Assembly: GCA_051047955.1 (NCBI GenBank)
Contig: JBPGPT010000005.1
Location: forward strand, 248,001 to 312,000
Direction: 5' to 3'
Length of the DNA: 64,000 bases
Source: Cystobasidiomycetes sp. EMM_F5
Taxonomy: Eukaryota
Translations under genes and position numbers: made by a program
The notes under the pieces: generated by a model
What the model was told of the DNA's origin: nothing
The model's input: only the letters and a program-made list of their open reading frames with translations
Database searches by the model: none
Shown: positions 1-12,559 of the stretch, in pieces
Layout of the letters: every line of letters starts with the position of its first letter
Position numbering within the stretch: position 1 is the stretch's first letter

Positions 1-122
1 ACTGCTGACCGCTGAGGATGATGACTGAAATTCCGCGGGAGCACTACGCTTGCTTTCAACGGGAATGCGTACGAAGATTTAGGCGTTGTGGGCCGGTGAC
101 ACGGTGGTAATATCGCTGAACG

Positions 123-3100
123 TTACGTGGCCGACATATGGTAAACGCCCCAGCCAAGATCTGGATGTTGCTGAGTCGCTAGCAAGCGCACGAATCGCCA
201 GCCTTTTCGACGCGCGCCTCCCATTCTCGTACTGAGAATAGCATCGCACATTTGGATCCGACTACGAGCGTTGCCTAAATACCAAGCGGAGCGGCCTGTT
301 TCAAATTTGCCTATCACAGCTACTGCTGATGCCGATGTGAAGTAAGTCTTGGGAAAGGGTACAGCGGGAGCCGAGCTGAGATGTCCTGTCATGTGACAGG
401 CTATTGGCTCTACGGGCTTTGCTGCTTGCCAACGTAAGCCGTCGTCGCTAACTTCTACCTTGAGCGTTGACGCAAGCTTGCTAGAGTGCTCCAGAGCAAA
501 GGAGAATTTGATTTGCGGCTGAAGTTCGACTTCGTACTGCTTGAGAACATCGAGGCCGATGTAGTCGCCCGCTTGTATTACTGGTGAACTAGTCTCAGCT
601 CGATGCCACGGGGATACTTAAAAAGAAGCTTACTGTCAGGACTTCGAAAAGCCGTCTTCCAGCTGCCGTCGACAGCCGAAACATACGGCCATCTAAGAGC
701 CCATTCGCGACCCTCGGTCCAGAAGTGTTTGTCTGCATTCAATGCCGACTCCCATTGCGACAAATTACGCAAATGATGCGGCTGATAAAGCATCGTGTCG
801 GGAGGAGGCAGTAGCGCTACATTGGTCATGAACAGGTTATCGCTAAGATATGATGAGGCCCGCGTGTGATGACGGTACGTATGCGGCTTCATGGCAGCGT
901 CAGCTGATGACGATGGCGTCGCATACTGGCCGATGCTGACTTTGGCAGGTAGAAGTGGTGGTGCGTAAGGGGATAGATTTGCCGGCACGCCTAGAGCGGC
1001 GCTCAGACGATCTATACCTTTTTGCTGTTACATGAGTGGGAATGATTTAGTGGCAGTTGTGACACTCAGTCTCAAATCAGCACGCTCACAATATATATTT
1101 CGTTCCTGGCATCCCCGTCAGCTGAGCCTGCGGTGAATGAGTTGCTGCTTGGCTGTGGTAGGGGGACCAGTCGATCTGCTATCACGTAAGGCGGCTCGTT
1201 CTGCAAAGTCGTGAAAGCATTATCCAACAAAGCAAGCTCGGCTGATGAGACAGGTCCAACGCTAGAAGGAATGCCGCGTCCACCATACTTTTCCAGGGGC
1301 GCTGCCGGCCCTCGCGTGATCGCATCGAGTGTTTGCAATACTTTGGCACGCGAAACGAAGGCTCCCGTGCCAAGCCAGCCAAAACAGGTGTTCAGGTCAT
1401 AGTCTGGGTCTACTAATGATGTGAGCATCGGATTGGCATATATTATAGGACACTGACTGAATGCGCACCACTCCCATCCTGCCTTGATCACGAATTCTTC
1501 TCCCGTAGCGATAGTGACTGGACCATCCGGATTGCGCAAGTGATGTGCAAACAGAGAAGTAATAGAAGGAACAAGCCAGTCGTCGTCTTGGAAGTAGCAC
1601 TGTATGCATAAATCAGCTACCCAAATTTGCTGCGTCACTTGCGAATACACGGACAAGCGATGTTTCCGCCTGAGCGCAGGCGAAGAAGCGACTAGCAAAG
1701 AGCATATTCCCAGCGCTATTCGAAATGCGCAAGCGACCTGCAGGGCATTTCGACGCCGAAAAATCCTGTATCACAATACATGGCTCAGCCAGGTCGTATC
1801 ACCACGCAGACGTCGATGCCCACCTGAATCGTCAAGAAGAGATCCGGATTGTTGTTGAAGACATGTATCTCCTGGAATACAGTTCCTGCGTGATGGCAGA
1901 GATGTGCCACAATCACGATCAGATTGTCCAAACGTTTCCAATTCAGCAAAATTGCAGTAGCCTTCCGGCTCGACATCGTAGCTACGCCTATGGGTTGCCG
2001 GTCTTGTGCGGAGCCATGTGCTACCATACTAGAAATTGGTCTGTGCGTAGCCGAGCGGAATTGCAGCTGTATCCCAGCCATTTCGAGCGTTTTTTGCGGA
2101 TTCAGCGGGTCAAGGATTAGGTTTGATGATGCTGTGCTGGTCCTAGAATTGCTGCTTCGGCTTTTGTATATATTGTCAAGGACGCCCAACATCAGCAGAA
2201 GGCCGAGGATCGTGAAAGTCGTCCAGGTCATGCCCATCTTCCGGCGTGCAGCGTCCAGGATCTTGAATGTTCTGCGACCATGGCGAAGTTGTCTATGTGT
2301 TTGATTGCGCTTGACCTTGCTCCGATGACTCTGCACATCATCGCCATCATCGTCAAGCAAATCGCTCGTATCTCCAGAATCCTGTTCATCGTCTAGGTTG
2401 GAGATTGCCTTTTGCCAGACCGTAGCTGGACTGACAGGGTCCTGACTCTCAACGTAAAGTATGTCCGGTAACCTCCGCAGAGTTTGGTACATGCGTGTAA
2501 GGTATCCACTGCCGAGTCCTGAGGAGGCATTTCTACCTCTCCCAGGGCCGAATTGTCTCCCATTCCAAATTCCAGCCTGTAAGCGCGCCCTCCAACTTTC
2601 ACGATCAGCGTGCTGCGCTTGCTGCTGCAACGTCGCTGTCCAGCGGGTCTGCGGAGAAGCAGAAGTAGCCGCTGACCTGGATGAATCGCGGACAAGAACG
2701 CCAGACGGAGCTCGTGTACTTCGTCTCTCCTGAGTGCTCGGCGTATTGACGGAGGACACTCGCCGGTGATGAGCAGAAGCGGAGGGATGCAAGCTCGTAC
2801 TGGCCTGTTGTTTGCGTGTGGGGCCATGATCCGCCGATAGGTGCGATGGACCTAGGCTTCCTTCTGGCCCAGACGAGCGCAAGGTGTTTCGCGGAGCAGG
2901 ACTCGGGCCATTGGAAACGACAGCCCGCATTGCGCTTGACACGGCTGTACTTGCCGACGTCTCGTACGCGTCGAAGCCATCTTGATGACCGGGCGCGGCT
3001 GCTTGAGAAGTCGCCGACGAGCTTGATGCGCGTATGTGATCTTGCCTCCTTGCTGGCGACGATGCAGCTGCTCTCCCGCTTGACGGTGATGTGCTGTGTC

Positions 3101-3152
3101 TGGTGGGCCTATGATTCACATCTTCCGGATCATATCGACTTTCGGACGTCAT
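123..3152 (-). CDS. Type II membrane putative glycosyltransferase (GT-A fold, EXTL/GT64-like) with a possible C-terminal discoidin-like domain; multi-exon
   Basis: Long Ser-rich N-terminus, one TM segment (TWTTFTILGLLLMLGVL), then KATAILLNWKRLDNL..VFNNNP, spliced NSAGNMLFASRFFACAQAETSL|CYFQDDDW (DxD) and SAVDGSWKTAFRS. ORFs 1785-3152, 1072-1698, 578-988 and 123-392 join through GT-AG introns. Confidence 0.65.
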
Positions 3153-3299
3153 GACAGTCCCAGACCAGATTGTTTAGAACGCGCAGGTGCCTTCAGTGTA
3201 TCCATAAATGTAATGTCTGCGTCTCCGACATAGTCTTCGAGAGGTTGGTGACGTTCTTGAGGAAGATCGTGACAAACATATGGAGTATACAACGACAGC

Positions 3300-4676
3300 T
3301 CAATCGGCTTGCTCAACTTCGTCAACATCGACTGCTAAAGCTGCTGCATCTCTCAACGCTTCTAACGCATGGTAGGCTCGGCCTTCCCTCACACTCCTCC
3401 GCGCTGCATCCATAGCTTCTTTTTCTGAAGCCGCCTTGCCGCTAACGTATATCAGCGCTGCGGCATTCATGCAAACCCACTCTTCGATGTGCGTCAAGCT
3501 GACCGTCACACGATTGGCGTACTCATCAGGTGGCAGCTCGAAAATTTGTGAAAGCTCAGCGGAAGGTGCTGTAGCAGAGGACGTTCTCCGCCGCCTCGGG
3601 GAGAGCATTGCTGAAATAATCTTTGCATGCGTTTGATAATTGGCAGCGACTTCTTCTGGTAGTTGAAGTGAAGCCAGAGGGAATGAGTTTGCACCAAAAG
3701 TATCGGGGTTGATTGTCCGCTCGACAATCTCCCGTTGACCCTCCAATTCCCATACAGTCGTACTGCCCTCTGGAGAAATTGCGTCTAGTCCATTCTCGCC
3801 GTACACTACCCACGCACGTTTGGCACCGAGAACTCTACACCCCTCTGCGAACACCATTCCGAGACTCTTCTCATGCACCCCAATTACCAAGTAGTCTCGC
3901 TTGGTTGGCGAAATGAGCGATGAGACGGAATGGAAGATGGTGGGAAAACCAAGCTCTCGCCTCAGCGGTGCAATTGCGGCGAGTTGTGGAGAGTAGCCAG
4001 GCGTGTAAATGTGCAAGAACGGCACATGTCGCGACGAGGCGACTTGCGTGAGTGAGAATGGAGGTAGCGTTTTGGTGGGGACGGCTAAGCCTGAGAGAAC
4101 ATCGCCCGAGGAGGGCGTGGACGGCCAAGGTGAAGACGCATTGCCCGTCTGGCATATCGTTCAGCATATCATTTCGACGATTTCTTTGGTTGCTGACTTA
4201 CTTTTACGACGCGGCATCCTGCTCCTGCCGCAACGATAGCTGCGGGAAGCGCTACATTCAGCACCTTTTTATGCAAAGTCAGCCAGAGCCTGCATAGTTC
4301 AATGTTGTGCGAGTGTACGCACCGATAGTGCACTGTCTCCGGTCATAGTCCAGTCGCAGATGTTGCCTTCTCCTGCGAGTCTGACATTTCCTGACAAGTC
4401 GCGCATGACTTCGACCAGTACATGGACCATGCCGGGCTTGCACCACACTTCTGTCGCTCGCAAGCTCGCCAAGAAGGAACCGGTTTGGGCCTGTGAGACT
4501 TCGCCGTGGATCAGGTGGAACAGAGCGAGGCGCAAATCTGACGGCGTGAATGAATCCGGACGGCCTAGAAGTTTGGAAATCAACGGCTTGAACGAGTTTA
4601 CGGAATATTGTCCTGAGGGTCCTGCGTCCGCATGGAGTCCATTGGCCTGGATCGGCGGCCTGCTTTCGACCTGCAT
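3300..4676 (-). CDS. Anthranilate phosphoribosyltransferase-like protein with degenerate active-site motifs (TRP4 paralog, ~421 aa, 3 exons)
   Basis: Exons 4676-4323, 4264-4202 and 4148-3300 splice in frame without stops. Colinear with the neighbouring TRP4 (FTPxDL, AAIVAAGAG, APxRRxLGxPTIF, KRAWVVxGxxGLDxISPEG, MNAAAL). Confidence 0.85.
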
Positions 4677-4921
4677 GTTTAGAGTAGAGTACAGTCTCAG
4701 AGTATCAGCAAGACATGCTTAGTCACTTGTACGAAGTAAGAACCAGACAGCTGCAACCACGTCGAGTCCGGCCGAGATTGGGTCACGTGGCTTGAACTGC
4801 GACCAACTTTTTGCTGGACACTGCGACTCTGACAACATTAGACGATACTCTGAACGCTGGACGCTGCGCAAAGACTGCTCCGACAAGCCTCTATCACTCT
4901 CCCCATCTCCCCTTTCCTGCC
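4677..4921. promoter_or_regulatory. Bidirectional promoter shared by the two TRP4-like genes
   Basis: 245 bp between divergent ATGs. Contains TTAGTCA (4719-4725, AP-1/Gcn4-like) and GTCACGTG (4782-4789, bHLH E-box); function of these motifs is not shown. Confidence 0.5.
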
Positions 4922-6239
4922 ATGTCCCCCCGGTCGAGACGCTCATCGGTCTCGTTACCGACCCTGACCTCCGAAACTTTTGAGCCGCTATTAAGCAAGC
5001 TGGCTGCAGAACCCAACGATTTCACTCCAGCCGACCTTGCCGCGTCCTTTGACCATCTCTTTAGTCCAAACTCGTCGACGGAAGCCCAAATTGGCGCGTT
5101 TCTGGCCTTGCTGCGAGGTGTGTTTGCAGATTACAGCGTGACGCGGAGACGACCATCTGATGCGCTTGGTAACCTTCCAGCTTCGGGACTCGAGGGTAAA
5201 CCAGAAATGATGTCAATTGCTGCCCAATCTATGCGGGAGCGTGCTGTCAGGGTAGAGCTTGAAGAAAGTGGTTGGGCAGACCTTGTCGGCACAGGAGGTG
5301 ACGGCAAAGACACCTTCAACGTCAGCACTACAGCCGCTATCGTCGCAGCTGGAGCCGGTGTAAAGGTCTGCAAGGCAAGTCTTTCAACAATCATTTGTCT
5401 TGAAAACGATGCTAATGGCCAAGTGTACAACACAGCATGGCGCACGGGCCTCGTCCTCTGCGTCCGGATCTGCCGACGTTTTACTGGCTCTAGGAGTACC
5501 AATCACCTCGCTGCCTTTGTCTCGCGTGCCCGCGATAGCTGCATCGCTGTCCAAGCCTTTTCTATTTCTCTTTGCTCCGCTATGTCATCCAGCTTTGGCG
5601 CTGGTTGCACCTATACGCCGCCAACTCGGTCATCCGACTATCTTCAACGTTCTAGGTCCCCTTCTGAACCCTGCAAGACCCGAGTACATGATTGTCGGAG
5701 TACATTCTCGATATCTCGGGCCTGCCTTTGCGCAAGCGTTGAGAGCTTTGAAGGTGAAGAGAGCGTGGGTTGTCAACGGAGATGAGGGCCTAGACGAGAT
5801 TAGTCCCGAGGGTACTTCACATGTAAGTATCTCAATGGGAGAGAAATGTACATCTGTCGCTGAATGCAGCGTACAACAGATCTGGGAACTCCGAGATGGA
5901 CAAATCAGCGAGCGGGTCATATCGCCAGCAACCTTTGGTCTACAGTCTCATCCGCTGAGCAATGTTGCAGGAGGCAAGCCAAAGGAGAATGCTGCCTTGA
6001 TCGTTGGTCTTTTGAGCGGTGAAATACCCCATGACCACCCGGTGGAAAACTTTGTCATGATGAATGCAGCAGCACTGCTTGTGGTAGCGGGTAAGGCGGA
6101 TAACGAACAGCATGGAGTAGAGCTTGCTCGTGCGGCAATCAAGTCTGGAGCTGCAAGGGCTGCACTTCAGCAGTACAAGGATCTTGCCGTTGCGGCCGTC
6201 AAGGAGGAGGAAGACGACGATGCACAGAGCGGTCGATAA
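4922..6239 (+). CDS. TRP4: Anthranilate phosphoribosyltransferase
   Basis: Canonical motifs DLVGTGGDGKDTFNVSTTAA, K|HGARASSSASGSAD, TIFNVLGPLLNP and GLDEISP. Introns at ~5118-5180, 5375-5435 (GC-AG) and ~5823-5879. Confidence 0.95.
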
Positions 6240-6743
6240 CATACTTTGTTTCCTCTCCAAAGCGAAGTCGCGCGCTCAAATTTGCGAAAACAACAGCATA
6301 AAGCAGAGTCGAGGTGACCTCGAAAATTTGGGCACGTGCCGTCAATTTTCGGTGGCGGTTGAAACGATTTCCAGCCTGATTGCGAGTTTGTACTCTTCGA
6401 AGTCCCGGCAATACTGCATTTACACATCGGAAGACTGGTCAAACTTGTACATACGGCACAGATCTGTTCTTTGGACCGTCCAACACCTCGTCGGTAGCTT
6501 TCCCGAAATCTTCTCGTTGCAAGCGCATCCCGGCGTCCGTTCAAAACACAGGTTACGCCGCATCTAAAATCTCCGTTTCACATCCTTCCGTACCATTCCT
6601 TTTGTATTCGAATAAGCTAGAGAAAGGACTGGTATCTCTTTCGATCCACATCGACAATCATACAGTCCGCCCCGGTGGCGTGTACGTTGGATCCGACTAT
6701 TCAAGAGAAACCCGCATATTTCCTATCGAATCGCTATTGCACG

Positions 6744-8592
6744 ATGATTGCATCTAGCGCACCTTTCGTAGTCGGGGATTTGAAACGCTCCTTGCGCGAA
6801 AGTGTAGCACAAGCTGTGCACGTCGATACGGGTGATGAGCTCGAAACGACTCTACCAGGCGAGGTGTTTACGAAATGGGGTTGGATTGGTGAATGGGGTG
6901 ACGGTTGCGTCAGACCTAGTCAGTTTGAAAAGGTGAAGAAACCGTCTCATCTTGCAGCCAAGCTGGTCGTCTAACAATCTTGTTGTACAGCTGCGACATG
7001 TTGGAGATCCCCTTTCAGATGCAGTGGTCCGCTTTCTGGATCTGAAGACGGGAGAGGACGGACTGGCACGCTTGCTGAAGTACGTTGAGGAGAATCCGGA
7101 GGATGAGTGGGACCACGAGGTTGCCCTTTTTTGGAGGTCCATCAGAGATGTTCCGCCAGTGAATATACACGCGTTAGATCAGACGAGCTCATATAACGAG
7201 GTCAAGGAGAGCTGGAACATTGATTTAATTAAGCTCATAGAGGACGAAGACCGCCAGTCGCAGGCGGAAACGGTAGCCAAACCGAAAGAGACCTCCGCGA
7301 ATCCAGCAACTACCGGCGTATTCACACCCACTGAAGCTATACAGAGTAGGAATCGACGGCCTCCACCGACGCTCTCCGAAGGTCAGGCTGTCTTCTGGAG
7401 ATATAGTGCAGACATGTTTGATGCCCTTGGTCATTTTTCACTGGCGGGAGGTGAGACTAGACGTTCAGGTTCTGTCGTACATATACCCATGCTGACGGTC
7501 TTGTCAGGATTCGCTTCTGCGAGGGTGATGCCAGTATTATACGAAACCGGCTACCTTACCAGTCCGTCTAGGGACGCCATCTATCGTCGCCTAAACGAGA
7601 CGGGTCAGGCGCTCATTGACTTTATGAGCGATATGACTCCCATCACCGGAAGTGGTTGGAAGAGCTGCATCAGGGTGCGGATGCTGCACTCTCAGGTCCG
7701 CATACGAATCTTGGCACAGAAGACACGGCTCAAGAAATACGATGTCGAGCGGGATGGTATTCCCATCAATCAAGAAGACATGGCTGCCACATTGTGTGGA
7801 TTTGGATTAGCTCCCCTTTGGTGCGAGCGCCGCTTGGGAATTCATCTATCTCCCGAAGAAGAATTGGCTTTCATTTCGTGCTGGCGGCATATTGGCTACT
7901 ACTTGGGAATACATCCAGTCTTGCTGCGTAACTTTTTTACCGTCGCTCCGCCAGGACACGGCAGGGTCAGCACAACGCGACCGCATCGATTTTTCGCTTC
8001 TGTTGCCTTTCATTTATTTGCTGGTACCCAGAAGCCTAAAGATCCTTTTGCGACTAGCACATCAAAGATTTTGCACGCCATTGCACATCGACCGCCGACC
8101 GGCAAATCTGCTGGATTCCATTGCGAATTGTCAAGGATGCTTCTCGGGTACGGGTTGGCCGACCAGCTTGGCGTACCATGTGGTACTCTTCGAGACCGCC
8201 TCAAAGTACAGCAACATGCGTGGACCAGCTGGCTACAAACTACTTTCGGTAGATATTACAGGCCACAGTGGGAAATCTCAAAGCAACTCCTGCTGAAGCG
8301 TATGATTACGTTGGTCGTAACGTGGCAGTTGGGAGAGAAGCGGTCTACGTATACGTGGCGAGATCATCAGCATCATGAGAGCAAGATTTCCGACATGATG
8401 AAGGACCATGCCGAAGCTGGAGAAGACAGCGGACTCGAATTCGGTATGCATATTGCTAAAGAAGTCAAGTGGCAAGCACAGCGCACCTTTATCGAGATGG
8501 GCTGTGTGATTGCCCTTGGTGCTATCTTGTCAGTCGTCGCTGCGACCAAAGCTGCGGGGACTGCTGCGCATCTGTACCAGAATCTTAGATGA
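6744..8592 (+). CDS. ER-bound oxygenase MpaB / latex-clearing-protein-like (DUF2236) heme protein with C-terminal membrane anchor
   Basis: Motifs GDPLSD, RRLNETGQ, IRVRMLHSQVR, GIPINQED and WRHIGYYLGI; hydrophobic C-terminus. Introns at ~6933-6990 and ~7451-7508. Confidence 0.8.
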
Positions 8593-8862
8593 ACGTATTG
8601 CAGTGCATAGCTCATGGGTTATCATGTTGATGTAAATATAACTAGTCTCACAGCACAATCGCATTGTCGTACACAATTGGCGTTGCCGGCTTCAGCTTCG
8701 GATCCGTCCTGACCGCTCATTCAAACATGACCCAGAGCCTTACCATCCCATGATTCAGTTTGACTAACAATATCTCACATCAACGAAACTCGTAGCTCCC
8801 GCGCCATCAGCTCGCTGTTGGGTTGTTGCCGTTAGATTTGCCGGAATCCATTCAAACAAACA

Positions 8863-11345
8863 ATGGCTGCCCACAGCCAGGCCATGATGTCGCCGGCTCA
8901 GCACGTCCAGCAGGATAAACTGAGCATCGTAGGTCCGTACAGCAAAGAGTTCGCACAGCAGCCCGGACTGGCACTGGCCGGCGCACCTTTGACGCCACCG
9001 GTCTCGAACGCGTTCACCGAGACCAAGACCATCAGCTTAGAATGGAAGATATCGGGGCTCAAGCATCTCTTCGACGGAAGCCGAGGAGACGTCAAATCGA
9101 AATGTCTCAAAAGTCAGCCTTTCGCAAACGGACAATGGGAGGTCGGTATATCGGCCACATCCGGCAAACAATGTATTCACTGACGCGCCGAACAGCTATA
9201 CATGTATGCGAACTCCGGGAGTGACTATGTATCGCTCTATCTATCGGCGATTCCAACACTCGAGGAGCGCGAAAGAGGTCTTAGACTTGCCTCGAAGCGT
9301 TCTTCCAGTCAGGCGCTTCGCTCGGCATTTCAGTCGCAGCTCTCGCACCACTCTACCATCTCCACTGCCTCCGAAAGCGAACATATGTCAGCTCAGCATC
9401 AGCAAGGCAACCACTTGAACGTGCACAACGAGCCGACGTGGTCGCGCGAGGGTGCTTACCGCTTCTCCTTTGAGATACGCGCTCTAGGAATGCGGTAGGC
9501 TTTCATTTGCTGCCATATTATACATATCAGTCGTATATCTAACTCTGCGGTAACGACTGGTTGCAGCAACCCAGTCAAGCAGATGGAAGCTGCCGACCAC
9601 GTATTCTCATCCGAAGCTAGGAATTGGGGCTGGCAAGCATTCGCTCGTCGTAGCGATGTCTACTACAATAATCCCACCGTGAAGTCGCAAGACGCACTCA
9701 CAATAAACTGTTCCATCACATACGCGGCTTCTGCCCCGACGTCAGCTCCATGGAACGAGCTCGAACAGAGCCTAGTACCGAACAATCTCATGACTGCCTT
9801 TACGGCAATGTTTGATAATCCAAGCTGCTCAGATGTTCGGTTCATCGTCAGGTGGGTGAGCATGCCACAAATATGGGATGACTCTCAGACATTGTCATAG
9901 ATCACGCTCTCGTGAGACAGGCCAGAAGCAAGAGCGATACATCTATGCCACCAAGGCAGTCCTTATGGCACGCGCGGACTGTAAGACAGTCTCATGACCT
10001 TGCGACCCGTCTAACAGCAGACAACTTCTGTGGTGCAGATTTTCGTACCATGTTCAGATCGGGCTTTCTCGAAGGAGCAGACTCTCACCGAGACTCATGT
10101 AGCAATCTGTCTCGACCGACCGTATCTCCGAGATCTCGCAGGCGGCCCGGTCTAGCAGTCACTGACAGCGATCTGAGCTCTGTAGACAGCGAAGATGACC
10201 AGATCATGTCAGAAGTGGGATCGGAAGATAACGATGAAGATGCTGGAGGCATCGACAAGGACATCTGCAACGATATACTTGCAAAAGCGGAAGACGAGGA
10301 AGAGGTTCATACTGCAGTCACGAGCATTCCTCCGGGAGATTCATCCCGCATAGACTTCGGATCGGCAGGCGCTGCGGAAGCTGCGTCTCCCACTTCCTCA
10401 CGCACTCTAGAAACGTCAGGATTTGACGACGAAGACGGCATCTATGACGAAGCCAGTACAGATGTCAATCAGTCAACAGCTGATCGCTTTCCGGGCCTGG
10501 CAGCAGCAGGTTATCTGATTACCTCGAGAGGAGGTTCTGTCAACGCCGGTCATCCCACCACCATGCGTAGTGTATCAACTGCGATGTCACTCCCGCTAGC
10601 CCATCACGGGAAAACATCACCGAGGGTAGCGCAGCCCTTCAGCAAAGAAGCGGAATCACAGGAGCGACATGGCATAGCCCTGCGCTCACATGACGATCGA
10701 TTCACGAATATTGTCATTACAGATGCTTCCTACGCCGTATATCGAGCGCTAATTTACTACCTTTACACCGATAAATTGACATTCAATCCGCTCACTTCGG
10801 TCTACGTACAAGCTCAAGACACGGCCGAGCTTCGCGGTCTCCCCTTTCCATACACGTCTAGACGACAGTTCTTCGATGCCACCATGGGCGACGCTGGCAG
10901 CACGTCAGTGACCACACAACTGGATCATGGATGTTCGGCAAAGGCAATGTACAAGCTCGCCGATAAGCTCGACTTCCCTGAGCTCAAGGCTCGTGCACGC
11001 AATCACATAGTGGCAAGTCTGAGTGCGGAGATTCTGCCTTACGAGGTCTTTGGCGAATTTTCGAATCAATTTCCCGAAATTCGAGCAGTTGAAGTGCAAG
11101 CTATGCTAAGTAATTGGGTATGCCATTTTTTAGGATTGCGTAACCTCCACAAGACTGATCGGTTGATCCATTAGCGTGAGATACGTCACGGCCAGGCTAT
11201 GCGAAATGTTTTCCGACTTATCCGTCAAGATCCAGACAGATTTCCGGCCTTTGAGCAAGTGTGGGAGCAGCTTATACTGCATCTAGAGTATCCCTCCCCT
11301 ATCACCATCAGCGAATCTCAACAAGCACAAGGTCGTGCGCCATGA
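8863..11345 (+). CDS. MATH (TRAF-like) plus BTB/POZ domain protein, putative Cul3 substrate adaptor
   Basis: MATH-like LEWKISGLK..GQWE..YVSLYLSA..NWGWQAF. BTB-like MFDNPSCSDVRF, IYATKAVL, FRTMFRSGF, DASYAVYRALIYYLYTD and MYKLADK. Last exon 11175-11345. Confidence 0.8.
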
Positions 11346-11423
11346 TAGCACACATGGCATTCATTGCAATCTCACGAAGTTACCGCTCGCGTTGTCGTTG
11401 TACAAGTATGCTACAGATCAAGG

Positions 11424-12361
11424 CTACCTACGAGTCTTTTTGCTGGCGCTACCTTTGCCTTTGGTAGAGCCCCCAGTGCTCCTTCCGCGCCCAGCCTCTG
11501 CCTTTTCTATCCGCCGGACTTTCTGCTTGAGTGCTTCGGCTCGGCGTGCTGCCTTGGTTTCGTATGTAAATCGCTTGACCGGCGCTTTGACAGGTGTGTC
11601 ATTTGGCGTAGCGAAAGGTTCCTTCCTCTTTTGCTCCCTTTCAGCTTTCCTTGCTGCATCTTGTTGTTTGGCTTGCTCTCGCTTGATTCGTGAGGGAGCT
11701 AGGACGGCAAACATGTTTTCGGCATCCTCGTCCATATTCTCGTCTTCCTCGTTGTCGCCAGCGATATGCCGAGACTTGACGTGTGTCGGCTCCTCATGTG
11801 CCACATCCATGTCCTCCACGACCACCCGCGTTACGAGGTCGTCATCCGAAAATTCTTTCTCCTCTGCGCGCTGTGTCGAAGATGGTCCAGCTTCTGGGTC
11901 TGAGCCAATATCGGCATTATGATCAGCATCATCGTCTCCTGCTCCGTAGTACTGCCGGTCCATTTCGACATTGTCTGCCGCCCTCTTCCGTCGAGCGTCT
12001 CGTAGCTGCAGATTGAACACGCAAATTCAGCGGCAGTGCAGCGCCGTGTGGAGATGCCTGACCTGTTGTCGAAGTACCAGCTTCTCGTCGTGTTCTTTTT
12101 TGAGTGCTCTCGCTCGAGCCGCATCTTTCTGCTCTTTTTTGCGCTTGGAGAATCCAGTCAAGTATTCCCTGGGATGATGATGATACGTATCGATTCCGTT
12201 AGCCAATGCACCTCGGAATGAATTCCACCGGCTATGGCCGACCTTCTGGCATCGTCGTCCCAGACGACCTCCTTGACTTGGGTTGCGCGACCTTTGCCTT
12301 TGGCTGGCTTGCTGTCTCGTGCAGGACGTTTGCCTCTACTTTTTGCACTTGAGTGGACCAT
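11424..12361 (-). CDS. RRP17: Nucleolar rRNA-processing protein Rrp17/Nop25/NOL12
   Basis: Spliced VKEVVWDDDARR|EYLTGFSKRKKEQ matches the family motif; acidic middle region and basic tail with KRFTYETKAARR. Confidence 0.85.
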
Positions 12362-12559
12362 AATGCAGCTTTGGACGATGTGTATGCAAACGGCAACCTC
12401 CAAATTGTATACGGCGAGCAACGTCTGCACATGATCGGCTATACGTATATTCAGATGAAGATTCTGGCTGCCCGTACAGCTAATGCTAGCGCAGCGCTAG
12501 CGTCCTTGAACAACAACACTGTTACTGATAGATCCTAACTACCGCAAAATCCAGCCATA

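Noticed and set aside
1..28. Possible 3' end of an upstream + strand gene (LLTAEDDD*)
   Set aside because: Too short to support.
6240..6740. Possible small minus-strand spliced gene or RNase MRP-like RNA (GAAGTCCCGG)
   Set aside because: No matching 3' P4 strand or CR-V motif, and no convincing protein in any splice frame.
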